Below are positions 25,984 to 34,781 of a stretch of 64,000 bases of DNA, in pieces; positions within the stretch are counted from its first letter, which is position 1; each line of letters begins with the position of its first letter. The stretch is taken from the IMG/VR virus record IMGVR_UViG_3300032007_000002; one strand, given 5' to 3'. Made by a program: the position numbers and the translations under genes. The notes under the pieces are model-generated. The model made no database searches and was not told where the DNA came from. It saw nothing but the letters and a program-made list of their open reading frames with translations. This DNA comes from a virus (taxonomy: Duplodnaviria; Heunggongvirae; Uroviricota; Caudoviricetes).

Positions 25984-26319
25984 TTAGAAATTCTGTACAG
26001 TCGTGATGCCGTGTTTTTTCAATTTTTCCTCGTCGAACATGTCCTCGGGTTTGAGGCCGTGCCTGTCCATGACCATCTTGTTGTGCTGGGCCTTCGCCAT
26101 TTCCTTCGCGAAGAAGGCTTCGGTCTCCTTGGTGGCCGGGATCTTGATTCCGCTGTCCGGGCCGCCGAAGGAGTGGGGCCTGGTGTGGTGGAAGGACGGG
26201 TCCCCGACGAAGCGGATCGTGACGGACATGCCGTCCGGCTTGAACATCTTCATGGTGTCGTGCAGGAACGTTTCCCGGCGTTTCATCTTTTCCTGCATCT
26301 TTTCTTCCGTCGTGCTCAT
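25984..26319 (-). CDS. Hypothetical protein
   Basis: Start MSTTEEK coupled to the upstream stop. Confidence 0.6.
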   Translation of the reverse strand: MSTTEEKMQEKMKRRETFLHDTMKMFKPDGMSVTIRFVGDPSFHHTRPHSFGGPDSGIKIPATKETEAFFAKEMAKAQHNKMVMDRHGLKPEDMFDEEKLKKHGITTVQNF

Positions 26320-26729
26320 TAGATGCCCTCCTTCGCGAGGCGTTCGGCGATGGTGCCTTTCTTTTTGAGGTTCTTGTCGCGCTTGGCAACCCAGCGTGCA
26401 TAGTATTGGTTCAGCTTGTCGGCGAACTCCTGGCACTTTTCCTTCTTGGCGAAGTAGGCGTCGATGAGGATGTGGGCCGGGCCGTTGTGGGACACGTAGG
26501 CATGGCAGAAGGCGCCGGGCTCGATCTCTTCGAGCATCTCCACCACCTTGACCTGGCGGCTGTGGAGCGTACCGCTGATGCGGAGCTCGTCGGCGATGCC
26601 TTCGAGGGACATGCCTTCGGCGTAGGTGCCGGGTCCCGCGATTTCGTAGAGTTTCTTGTTGAGGCCGGGGAAGTTCGCCTTGACGACTTCCTGGGGCGCC
26701 TCGATTACGCAGAAATACTTGTCGTTCAT
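26319..26729 (-). CDS. Hypothetical protein (class A cassette)
   Basis: Element plus RBS. Confidence 0.7.
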   Translation of the reverse strand: MNDKYFCVIEAPQEVVKANFPGLNKKLYEIAGPGTYAEGMSLEGIADELRISGTLHSRQVKVVEMLEEIEPGAFCHAYVSHNGPAHILIDAYFAKKEKCQEFADKLNQYYARWVAKRDKNLKKKGTIAERLAKEGI

Positions 26730-26825
26730 CTGATGTCTCCTTTTGATAACCCGTGTATGTTACGGGCGGGGTGCCCGGGGAGGCGCCTCCCGTGATTCCG
26801 TTGGCCCGGAATTTGAAAATTTTAT

Positions 26826-26895
26826 GTGCCCAAATATGGGCACTTAACCGTCATAAAAGCAACGGTTAGCCCATATTTGGGCACTTAACCGTTGC
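26826..26895. repeat. Nested inverted and direct repeat
   Basis: GTGCCCAAATATGGGC (26826-26841) inverted at 26869-26884; TGGGCACTTAACCGT direct repeat at 26837 and 26878. Confidence 0.7.
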
Positions 26896-26906
26896 ATTTG
26901 CGAGGG

Positions 26907-27308
26907 TTAGAAGCAGGGGTCCCGGTATTCCTCCGCCTTGCCCAGGAACCATTCGGAACTTTCGAGTTTCCTGGTGAGGCGGTTTTCCCACTTTTGGTTC
27001 CCGAGATACACTTCCTCCACCTTGCGGGAACGCCAGCGCCCGTTTCGGAAGACGAGGTGCTTGACTTCGCCGTCGGGGTTGGAGGTGTACTTGTAGGACT
27101 GCGATTCGGAGATTCCGTTGCTGTCGGTCCTCTCGTACTTCAACGCGCGGATCTTGCAGTGGGTCTTGTCCTGGACCTCGATGACCTCGTAGGCGTGGCG
27201 GTCGCTCCAAAGGAGTTCGGTGACCCCCATGCCGACTGTCGGCTCGGGCATCTTGGAAGCGGCCATCAGCCTGCTTTGGACACATCCGTACCATTTCATC
27301 TTGGCCAT
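26907..27308 (-). CDS. Conserved-type phage hypothetical protein
   Basis: Start MAKMKWY; PTVGMGVT..LWSDRHAYEV...YRDPCF pattern. Confidence 0.7.
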   Translation of the reverse strand: MAKMKWYGCVQSRLMAASKMPEPTVGMGVTELLWSDRHAYEVIEVQDKTHCKIRALKYERTDSNGISESQSYKYTSNPDGEVKHLVFRNGRWRSRKVEEVYLGNQKWENRLTRKLESSEWFLGKAEEYRDPCF

Positions 27309-27310
27309 GG

Positions 27311-27592
27311 TTACATCCCCTTCCAATCGTAGTTGTCGTGTTCGATCTTGGTGTCCTTCTTCGCGGCGAGGAGCTGGTCGTAGGTGCCGGTCTGCTTGGC
27401 GAACTCGACCACGTGGCGGTAGGTGGTCGGGGAGGAGTTCCACGCCGGGAGCAGGGTGAGCTTGTTGCCGGAGAACTTGGCGACTTCGGTCGTGTAGGAG
27501 ATGAGGGTCTTGGTCGTGCCGTCATCTTCGACGATGGCCTTGTGGCAGAAGCTCTTGCGGGGATCATATTTTGTAGCGAGTTCGTAACGCAT
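27311..27592 (-). CDS. Conserved-type phage hypothetical protein (class A cassette)
   Basis: RKSFCHKA...LISYTTEVA...SPTTYRHV.EF pattern. Confidence 0.7.
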   Translation of the reverse strand: MRYELATKYDPRKSFCHKAIVEDDGTTKTLISYTTEVAKFSGNKLTLLPAWNSSPTTYRHVVEFAKQTGTYDQLLAAKKDTKIEHDNYDWKGM

Positions 27593-27667
27593 TGCTGTCT
27601 CCTTTTGTTTTGATGCTCCCCTTATGTGATGGCAGGGCGCCTGGGGGAGGCGCCTCCCGTGATTCCG

Positions 27668-28096
27668 TCAGTCCTTGTCTTCGACGCGCTTGACGATCTT
27701 GTTGGCCTCGTCAATCCACTTTTTCGTGTCGCTGGCATAGCGGAAGATGTGCTCGGCGCGGTCGATGAGGAGGTCCAGGTCGGTGAAGTGATCCGGCAGG
27801 TTCCACTTGCGGAGGCTGATGCACTTCGTATAGATGTTGGTCCACCCTTCGCACACGGAAATCGTGAGGATGTTGTCGAACTTGCGGATTTGAAAGCTGA
27901 CGTTGTGCTCGTCCTCGATCTTGAAGTCCGTGGTGTCCGCGAGGACTACGCGGAAGCGGTAGGAGTTGTTGCGGAGGTTGCTGCACACGCTTCGGACGCA
28001 GCTTCGGAGGCTTTCGTCCCCGAGGATGTTTTCCATGCTCGTTTCGAGCGCGGTGCTTTCCTTGCGGTATTGGTCGAACTGTTCATCGGTCCACAT
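27668..28096 (-). CDS. Hypothetical protein
   Basis: Start MWTDEQF after GGAGG; stop abuts the next element. Confidence 0.65.
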   Translation of the reverse strand: MWTDEQFDQYRKESTALETSMENILGDESLRSCVRSVCSNLRNNSYRFRVVLADTTDFKIEDEHNVSFQIRKFDNILTISVCEGWTNIYTKCISLRKWNLPDHFTDLDLLIDRAEHIFRYASDTKKWIDEANKIVKRVEDKD

Positions 28097-28098
28097 TG

Positions 28099-28530
28099 TT
28101 ATGCCTCCATTGCTTCGGCAAAAGCGCTGATGACGTTGGTGATGTCCTTGAAGTGGTCCAGGGCCACCTTGGCGTATTCGGGGAATACCTTGATTGTGTC
28201 GCTGTCGGGCACGGGTGTCCATCCGGCGATGGCCGTCTTGAGGACATCGAGCGCGGCGATTTCCGGCTGTTCCGGGTTGCTCACGGAGAAGCACATCGTC
28301 CCCTGGCCTTTCCCGAAGGCGAGTTCGAGGACGGCCACGAAGCGGTGGGTCTTCTTGACGAGGTGGGAGTAGCCGTTCACCTGGGCCCAGGTCTTCCAGA
28401 ACTTGTCCTTCTTGAGGACCTCGAACTTCCTGACGAAGGGGAACTTGCCGCGCACCTTCTCGCAGGCCGCGTTGGTCTTTGTGAACTGCTGTTCTCTGAA
28501 AGCGATTTGATCCTGTTCTGCTTTGGTCAT
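28099..28530 (-). CDS. Hypothetical protein (class A cassette)
   Basis: Element plus RBS. Confidence 0.7.
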   Translation of the reverse strand: MTKAEQDQIAFREQQFTKTNAACEKVRGKFPFVRKFEVLKKDKFWKTWAQVNGYSHLVKKTHRFVAVLELAFGKGQGTMCFSVSNPEQPEIAALDVLKTAIAGWTPVPDSDTIKVFPEYAKVALDHFKDITNVISAFAEAMEA

Positions 28531-28602
28531 GCCGTTGTCTCCTTTTGATGTTCCCTCTATGTGATCGGCTGGCGCCTGGGGGAGGTGCCTCCCGTGATTC
28601 CG

Positions 28603-28938
28603 TCACTTCAACCCGAAGATTGCGTCCATGCACTCGCGGATGGTGAGCTTGAACTCCTGCGGTTTTTCCTGGTTCTTGTTGAGGAAGGTGACGGTGGAAC
28701 CCTCGACGGACTTGACCTCGACTTCCTCCCCGTCGCAGCAGGCGTATTCGGTCGCGCCGTTGTTGAGGTCGTAGTATTCGGATCCGTCGTCCTCCGTCGA
28801 ACGGCGGATTTCGTGGCCGACATCCGTCTTGTGGATGTCCCCGTTGTGCAGGGTCTCGAAGAGGGTCTTCAGCGAGATGCACACCTTGTTGCCGGGAGTG
28901 AGCATTTTAAATTTTTTCATAGGGTCCTCGAAATTCAA
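28603..28938 (-). CDS. Hypothetical protein
   Basis: Stop abuts an element; start uncertain. Confidence 0.6.
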   Translation of the reverse strand: MNFEDPMKKFKMLTPGNKVCISLKTLFETLHNGDIHKTDVGHEIRRSTEDDGSEYYDLNNGATEYACCDGEEVEVKSVEGSTVTFLNKNQEKPQEFKLTIRECMDAIFGLK

Positions 28939-28944
28939 AAATTT

Positions 28945-29604
28945 TTAACGGAACATGAGGTTGCGGGCTTCGCGTTCGGCGACATCGCCGTCCCACACGA
29001 TGCGTTCGTTTTCCTCGTCGGAGTGCCATGTGCGTACAGCCAGGCGGCTTTCGTCATGCGGTTCGCGGGGAGCGGCCATGATGCGCATGTCCTCGGAGCA
29101 CTCGTACCCGAAGCGCTTCGCGTCCTCGCTGATGAGCGGATATTCGAAGCAGATGCTTCCGTGGTAGCGGAAGATGAGGTTGCGGTCCACGTCGAGCACC
29201 CAGGTAACCGAGAAGTCGTTCTCGTATTGGAAGTCGCGCTTGCGGGCCATGAGCCACAACTGCGTGAGGAGGTCGGATTCCGCTCTCGGGACGAACGGCA
29301 TCGGGATCTCGAAGCAGCTCACGGTCGAGCCGCGGGTTTCCACCTCGAACGGGGGGAAGTCGTAGCCGCGCTTCTTGTTTTCCTCGGTGTCGGCCTCGCT
29401 GTGGAAGGAATGGAGCCAGGCGCGGCTCATCTTGAAGCCGTACTCGTCCGGGGGGCAGAGCTGGCCGAGGAGGTCCCAAAACTTTTTGATTTCGCCGTCG
29501 GACATGCTGCGGAGCTTGTCCCCGATGTCGTAGGCGTCGTCCAGGACGAATGTGCCGCGGGCGGTGTCGCCCTTCTTCAAGAATATGTAACCGCGTGTTC
29601 CCAT
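28945..29604 (-). CDS. Hypothetical protein (class A cassette)
   Basis: Start MGTRGYI after element and RBS. Confidence 0.7.
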   Translation of the reverse strand: MGTRGYIFLKKGDTARGTFVLDDAYDIGDKLRSMSDGEIKKFWDLLGQLCPPDEYGFKMSRAWLHSFHSEADTEENKKRGYDFPPFEVETRGSTVSCFEIPMPFVPRAESDLLTQLWLMARKRDFQYENDFSVTWVLDVDRNLIFRYHGSICFEYPLISEDAKRFGYECSEDMRIMAAPREPHDESRLAVRTWHSDEENERIVWDGDVAEREARNLMFR

Positions 29605-29677
29605 GATGTTGTCTCCTTTTGATGGTCCCTCTATGTGACCTGGGTGGCGCCTGGGGTAGGCGCCTCCCGTGATTCCG

Positions 29678-30010
29678 TTACGCCTTCGACGCTTTCCAGC
29701 AAGTTTCCTCGTTGCCGTAACGGAGCAGATAGATCGGGTCGCCGCTGACCAGGTCGGGAAGCGTTTCGACAAACTCGGCCATGTTCATTGCGTCGGTCTT
29801 GTTTTCCCCGATTTCGTGACAGCAGGCGTTGCTGCAGTCGAAACCTTTCGGGAGGAGGACAAGACGACAGTCGTTGTTGACATCGAGCCCTATATGATAA
29901 CCTTTCTTGGAAAGTTTTTCCTGCAGGGCCTTGACGTCGGTGAGAATTTCTGCAAAATCCTGGTCATAGTTGGGGCCCTTGATTGTGCTGGCAATGCTAG
30001 ACTGTTCCAT
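29678..30010 (-). CDS. Hypothetical protein (class A cassette)
   Basis: Bounded exactly by two elements. Confidence 0.7.
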   Translation of the reverse strand: MEQSSIASTIKGPNYDQDFAEILTDVKALQEKLSKKGYHIGLDVNNDCRLVLLPKGFDCSNACCHEIGENKTDAMNMAEFVETLPDLVSGDPIYLLRYGNEETCWKASKA

Positions 30011-30084
30011 GCTGTTGTCTCCTTTTCGTTGTTCCCTCTATGTGACGGAGGGAGGCGCCCGCCTCCCCCGTTCCCGTGATTCCG

Positions 30085-30414
30085 TTATGCCTTCGCCAGG
30101 GCGATCATCTTCATTGTCAAGTCCATAGCCTCGGCGAGGTTGTCGAAGTATGCGTAGGTTCCCCGTCCATTGAACGAGTAATAGACCTCGAAGCAGTCCC
30201 GGAGTACCTTTTCCCCGATGTTCTGTGCGGCCGTGGAGAACCTTATGCCGTCCTTGTAGAGGGCCGTGAGCCGGATGGTTGCGCCGAGTCCGGCCTTGGT
30301 TTCAAACTCTTTCATGAGCCAGGGGAAGAGCAGCTGATCGGAGCACCTCTCGAAGGTTTTGTCGGAAATCTTTTCTGACTTCTTGGAATAACATTCGGTC
30401 CATTGAAGTTCCAT
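30085..30414 (-). CDS. Hypothetical protein
   Basis: AAGGAGG RBS; stop abuts an element. Confidence 0.65.
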   Translation of the reverse strand: MELQWTECYSKKSEKISDKTFERCSDQLLFPWLMKEFETKAGLGATIRLTALYKDGIRFSTAAQNIGEKVLRDCFEVYYSFNGRGTYAYFDNLAEAMDLTMKMIALAKA

Positions 30415-30426
30415 TGGGGCGCCTCC

Positions 30427-30855
30427 TTACTTGGTGTAGAATGTTTGGTTCATGAGGTCGGCGACGAGGGTGTCGGCGATACGGGCCTCTTCCTGGTTCT
30501 TGCGTTCCTTGCAGGCGTCGCGCAGCTTCTTGACCGCGTTGATGGCGCAGCACTCCGGCACGTCGCCGTAGAAGTAGTCCCAAATCGTGCCCGTGCCGAG
30601 CTTCTCGGCGAGTTCGGGTTCGCACTTGATGCGGACCGCGCCGACGAACCGGGAGTTGGCGACCTTTTCGCGTTCGCCGAACCAGGGGTAGGTGTACCCT
30701 GCGGTCTCGACCATGCGGCTGTCGGTGTCCTTTACGAACTGCGCCCCCGTGGTGACGGTCAGTTCGACGACCCGGTCGTGTCTCGCCTTGACCCGGTCGA
30801 GGACGGCCTGGACGCGGTCGATTGCGGACTTGGAGTTTTCTTTCTTGATAGCCAT
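30427..30855 (-). CDS. Hypothetical protein (class A cassette)
   Basis: Element plus RBS. Confidence 0.7.
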   Translation of the reverse strand: MAIKKENSKSAIDRVQAVLDRVKARHDRVVELTVTTGAQFVKDTDSRMVETAGYTYPWFGEREKVANSRFVGAVRIKCEPELAEKLGTGTIWDYFYGDVPECCAINAVKKLRDACKERKNQEEARIADTLVADLMNQTFYTK

Positions 30856-30998
30856 TTGCTGTCTCCCTATTAACGTTGACGCCCCCTCTATGTTACTGAG
30901 GGGGCGGGCTGTTTAGGTGGTCCCGTGATTCCGGGCGAGGCGCTGGGTGTTTGGGTGTTATATTTCGAGAATACGCCGCCCGGCCTGTCGCGGGTGTA

Positions 30999-31280
30999 TT
31001 AGTCTTTCTTGTGCACGGGTGCGTAGTTCTCGCACTTCTTGTTGCGGCAGTGGCCGTCGTTGCGCAGGAGGTGGTTCCTGCACTTGGGGCAGATGTCGCT
31101 CCACTTGCCGTCGTGCGTGAGGATTTGTTCGGAAATCAGCTTCCCGTTGTCCTCCGGGTCCATGGGGATGTCGGTGAGTATCAGCCCGCGCTCGTCATCG
31201 ACGAACACTTCCGCCTGGATTTCGACGCCGTTTTCCCACTTGGACTTGTAGATTGCCTTGAAAGTCGTTTTTCTGCTCAT
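30999..31280 (-). CDS. Small Zn-ribbon protein
   Basis: CPKC...CRNKKC; AAGGAGG RBS. Confidence 0.65.
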   Translation of the reverse strand: MSRKTTFKAIYKSKWENGVEIQAEVFVDDERGLILTDIPMDPEDNGKLISEQILTHDGKWSDICPKCRNHLLRNDGHCRNKKCENYAPVHKKD

Positions 31281-31292
31281 GTGTGCACCTCC

Positions 31293-31805
31293 TTAATTTT
31301 TCTTTTCCGGGACACCCCATTCGCCACTGTTGTCCTCGTTCCCTTCCTGGTCGAGGTAGATGGGAAGGATTCGGGTCTGGAACGCGTCTTTCCAATACGG
31401 GAGCGGGGCGTGCTTGAAGATGGGGAGCTTGTTCCTGCGCTTCGTGTCGTTGCGTGCCTTGACGAGGGCGATTGCCAGGCGGGCGAACCCGGCGAGGTCC
31501 ATGTTGGCGATTTCGCCGTTCGAGAGCTTGACGGAGTCGGACTTGCAGATGTCGTCGACCAGGTCGTAGGGGGTCTTGTGGACATCTTCGAGGCGCCCGT
31601 AGTTGCCGTTGCCGTGGTTGGCCAGGTAAACGTTGCAGCAGATGTAGTTGGTGTCCTCGCCGTCGATGCAGAGCTCGATGCGGGCATTGCCGAACACGAT
31701 CGCCCCGAAGTAGTTGTTGCTCGGGAACTTGCCGTCGGCGACGGCCTTCTTGTAGCGGTTGAATTCCTTTTCCGAAACTGTGGTGAATACGGGCTGTGTC
31801 TGCAT
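31293..31805 (-). CDS. Hypothetical protein (class A cassette)
   Basis: Element plus RBS. Confidence 0.7.
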   Translation of the reverse strand: MQTQPVFTTVSEKEFNRYKKAVADGKFPSNNYFGAIVFGNARIELCIDGEDTNYICCNVYLANHGNGNYGRLEDVHKTPYDLVDDICKSDSVKLSNGEIANMDLAGFARLAIALVKARNDTKRRNKLPIFKHAPLPYWKDAFQTRILPIYLDQEGNEDNSGEWGVPEKKN

Positions 31806-31835
31806 TGTCTGTCTCCTTTCGATGTCCCTTATATG

Positions 31836-32117
31836 TTACGTGAGAGGCGCCCCCGGAAGCGTCACCCGTGATTCCGCCGGGGCTGCCGCTGTCGCGCGGG
31901 GGATCTTGTCCAGGGGGACCACCTTCGTGTCGGGGTCGTACCAGGGTGTTTCCGGGAACTTCTCGAACTCGTCCTGGGTGTAGATGAACCCGTAGTCCCT
32001 CCCCCTGCGTTCCCGGACCATGCGTTCGGCCTCGGTGAAGGAAGGCGCCTCCACCCTGGCGAGGGTTGACATGGGGATTTGCGGGTCGTTCGCGGCGAAG
32101 GATACGTAGAAGTTCAT
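31836..32117 (-). CDS. Hypothetical protein (3' end runs through an element)
   Basis: AAGGA RBS; C-terminus AESRVTLPGAPLT is encoded by the element. Confidence 0.6.
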   Translation of the reverse strand: MNFYVSFAANDPQIPMSTLARVEAPSFTEAERMVRERRGRDYGFIYTQDEFEKFPETPWYDPDTKVVPLDKIPRATAAAPAESRVTLPGAPLT

Positions 32118-32189
32118 GATGGTTCCTTTTGTAAAATTTTAAAAATAAAAGCGGTCCCGGCGGCTACCGGGACCGTGATGGGAGACATT

Positions 32190-33152
32190 TTAAGGTTTTT
32201 TAATCGTTTCGATATAGCGGTTGCAGATTTCGTCGAGGTCCTTCTTGGCCTTGTCGAAGATTGCCTCCATTTCGGCCCTGGCCTGCACGAACGGGTCCTT
32301 TTCCGTTTCGGCGTTGGTCGGCTTGGCGGAGGAACTCTTCATCCAGGTTTCCCATCCGGGTTCGACGTAGGTGAGCATGTCCGCCGGGGCTTCGCCCTTG
32401 GCAATCGCGTCTTCGACCGTTTTCAGCACTTCCGCGTTGTCCAGGACCCATTCTTCCATGCGGTCCTTGAAGACCGGGAAGGTGAGCTTGGAGATGTCTT
32501 CCGGGCAATCGCCGATTTCGTAGAGGCCGCGCATCCATTCTTCAAAATTTTGGAATACGAGGTCGGTCAGCGAGGTGTAGCGGACTCCGTTGTCGAGTTC
32601 CCCGCAGAAGGCTTTGCCGTTGGGGATGCCCGCGAGGTAGAGGGTGCCGATACGGTGGTTTTCCGGGCCGTACCCGTTGAGTTCGCGGTCGCGGCGGCTT
32701 TCCATGTTGAAGAGGAAGAGGAAGCGGCCAACCTGGACTGCGCCGAAGTCGCCGATGGTGTCGGGACAGTCGAGCTTGCGGACATGGTCCTGGAAGGACT
32801 TGTACTGTTCCGGGGTCATGAACCACTTGACGTTCTTTCGGTCCGTGTGCTTCTTGATGAGGTCCGGGAGCAGGTCGCGGCGGTGTTCGTAGGTGAAGTA
32901 GGTCTTGACATCCTTGTCGCGTTCGACGCGGATGCCGCACATGTACTTGATGTCGCCTTCCGGGAAGAAGGATTCAAATACCTGGATTTCCTGGTCGTTG
33001 CGGCGGAGGGTGAGTTCGGTGTCGATCCTCTCGCTCTTCACCGTGGTGACCGGCGTGACGGTGACCGCGACCTTGGGAACCTTGCAGACGAGGTTGTAGA
33101 GGGCAAGTTGCGAATTGCGGATGTCTTTGTAAGAGTTGTCAAGATTAGCCAT
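32190..33152 (-). CDS. Hypothetical protein (class A cassette)
   Basis: Start MANLDNS after element and RBS. Confidence 0.75.
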   Translation of the reverse strand: MANLDNSYKDIRNSQLALYNLVCKVPKVAVTVTPVTTVKSERIDTELTLRRNDQEIQVFESFFPEGDIKYMCGIRVERDKDVKTYFTYEHRRDLLPDLIKKHTDRKNVKWFMTPEQYKSFQDHVRKLDCPDTIGDFGAVQVGRFLFLFNMESRRDRELNGYGPENHRIGTLYLAGIPNGKAFCGELDNGVRYTSLTDLVFQNFEEWMRGLYEIGDCPEDISKLTFPVFKDRMEEWVLDNAEVLKTVEDAIAKGEAPADMLTYVEPGWETWMKSSSAKPTNAETEKDPFVQARAEMEAIFDKAKKDLDEICNRYIETIKKP

Positions 33153-33252
33153 GTTGTCTCCTTTTCTTGGTGCTCCCTCTATGTGACCGGGGAGGGATAA
33201 AAGGGGGCGCCTCCCGTGATTCCGCAGGCGCCCCCGGATTTTCAAAAATTTT

Positions 33253-33864
33253 CTAGCGGTCGTAGAGGGAGTCGAGCTGCTTCTGCACCGTGTAGAGGAA
33301 CGAGCCGAGGTCGCGGTCCCTATACTTTTCTTGGAGCTTGTGGAACTCGTTGGCGACCGCGATCGCTTCCTGCATGAAGGTGTCGAGGTTCGCCAAGTCC
33401 TCTTCGAGGTCCGCGAGGTCCTTTTCCATTGCGGGGATGAGTTCCGCGTGGATGAGGTTCACGATGGCGAGCGTCCCGGCCTTTTCTTCGAGGACCTTGG
33501 TTTTCGGGGCGTAGCGGTTCAGCCCGAAGCGCCAGTCGACATACTTGGTCGGCCCGGGGAGTCCGGCCTTCGCGGCCTGCTCCTCGTCCATGCTGTCCAC
33601 CTTGATGTCGATGTAGTCGGTCTTGCCGTCGTTGAAGTGCGGAATGACCGTCACCCACGGGTAGGTGTCCCCGAAACGGGTGGTGTAGCGTTCGCCGAGG
33701 CCCTTGAGGGCGAAGTTCGCCTCGAAACGGCTGCGGTCGGTGCCGTCCTTCTTCGGGTTGTGGACGATGCAGCCGAGGGCCGCGATGATGTTCTTGCGCT
33801 CGGCGATACGGGATTCGAGCTTTTCCTTGAAGTTCTTTTTGATGTCAGATTGCCACATGTTCAT
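33253..33864 (-). CDS. Hypothetical protein (class A cassette)
   Basis: Element plus RBS. Confidence 0.7.
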   Translation of the reverse strand: MNMWQSDIKKNFKEKLESRIAERKNIIAALGCIVHNPKKDGTDRSRFEANFALKGLGERYTTRFGDTYPWVTVIPHFNDGKTDYIDIKVDSMDEEQAAKAGLPGPTKYVDWRFGLNRYAPKTKVLEEKAGTLAIVNLIHAELIPAMEKDLADLEEDLANLDTFMQEAIAVANEFHKLQEKYRDRDLGSFLYTVQKQLDSLYDR

Positions 33865-33942
33865 GGTGTTGTCTCCTTTTGATGCTCTCTGTATGTGATC
33901 GGCGGGGGCGCCTCCGGGGAGGCTCCCCGTGATTCCGTCGGC

Positions 33943-34644
33943 CTAGAAGTTCTTCGCCATGTCGGTCCAGGTCTTGACGAGGGAGTTTTCCGGGGCCTTG
34001 CAGGGGGCGACCTTGACCCAGTTTTCGCCGATTTGCGGGTCGGCCGGGTCGTAACGCTTCGGCATGATGACGAGGGCGGCTTCGAGCGCCCCCTTCTTCG
34101 CGTAGTGGATGAGGGGACAGTCGGGGCGGTTCTTCGACGTGTGGAGCGTCACCGGGACACCCGTGAAACTTTCAAAGGACTTAACCACCTTGCCCATCAG
34201 TTCGCCGTCGTAGTATGCGGTGACTTCATCCAGGTCGCTGTGCATCCCGAACGGGATTGTGCTGAAGATGGACGGGTACGGGTAGGGGAAGTATTTCCAA
34301 CCGCCGTCCTTCTTGCCCGCGTTGGTGATGACCACGCAGTCCGGGAGGCCGTCGTTGTAGGTGTTCACGTTCGGGACCCACTTGCCCTTGACTTCTTCGT
34401 GCATGGTGCGGAAGTAGCCGCTCGCGACTTCCATGGACGGTTTCGGGAGGCCCTTTGCCTCGGCGAGGATTTCGGCGTAGTGGAACGGGTCGTCGCACTT
34501 GACGAAGATGGCGCGGAAGGCGTCGGTCGCGATGATTACGCCCCTGGCGCGGTCGAACATGACGCCGCAGAGCGACAGCTGGGAAGTGTCCTTGCCGACG
34601 AACTTGAGGACGGTGGTGAGAAGGCGGGGAAGTGTCTTAGCCAT
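33943..34644 (-). CDS. Beta-clamp-like protein (class A cassette)
   Basis: Start MAKTLPR; SLCGVMFD...IIATDAFRA...YPSIFSTIP...LVIMPKR match DnaN-type L.GV / ATDGHRL / YP....IP / IMP.R motifs. Confidence 0.6.
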   Translation of the reverse strand: MAKTLPRLLTTVLKFVGKDTSQLSLCGVMFDRARGVIIATDAFRAIFVKCDDPFHYAEILAEAKGLPKPSMEVASGYFRTMHEEVKGKWVPNVNTYNDGLPDCVVITNAGKKDGGWKYFPYPYPSIFSTIPFGMHSDLDEVTAYYDGELMGKVVKSFESFTGVPVTLHTSKNRPDCPLIHYAKKGALEAALVIMPKRYDPADPQIGENWVKVAPCKAPENSLVKTWTDMAKNF

Positions 34645-34781
34645 GTTGTTATCTCCTTTTGATACTCTCTGTATGTGATCGGCGGGGCGCCTCCGGGGGC
34701 GTTCCCCGTGATTCCGCCGCGCCCGGATCCGAAAAAACTCCCCGGCGGGGGTTACCCGCCAGGGAGGGGAGACATTAGATT

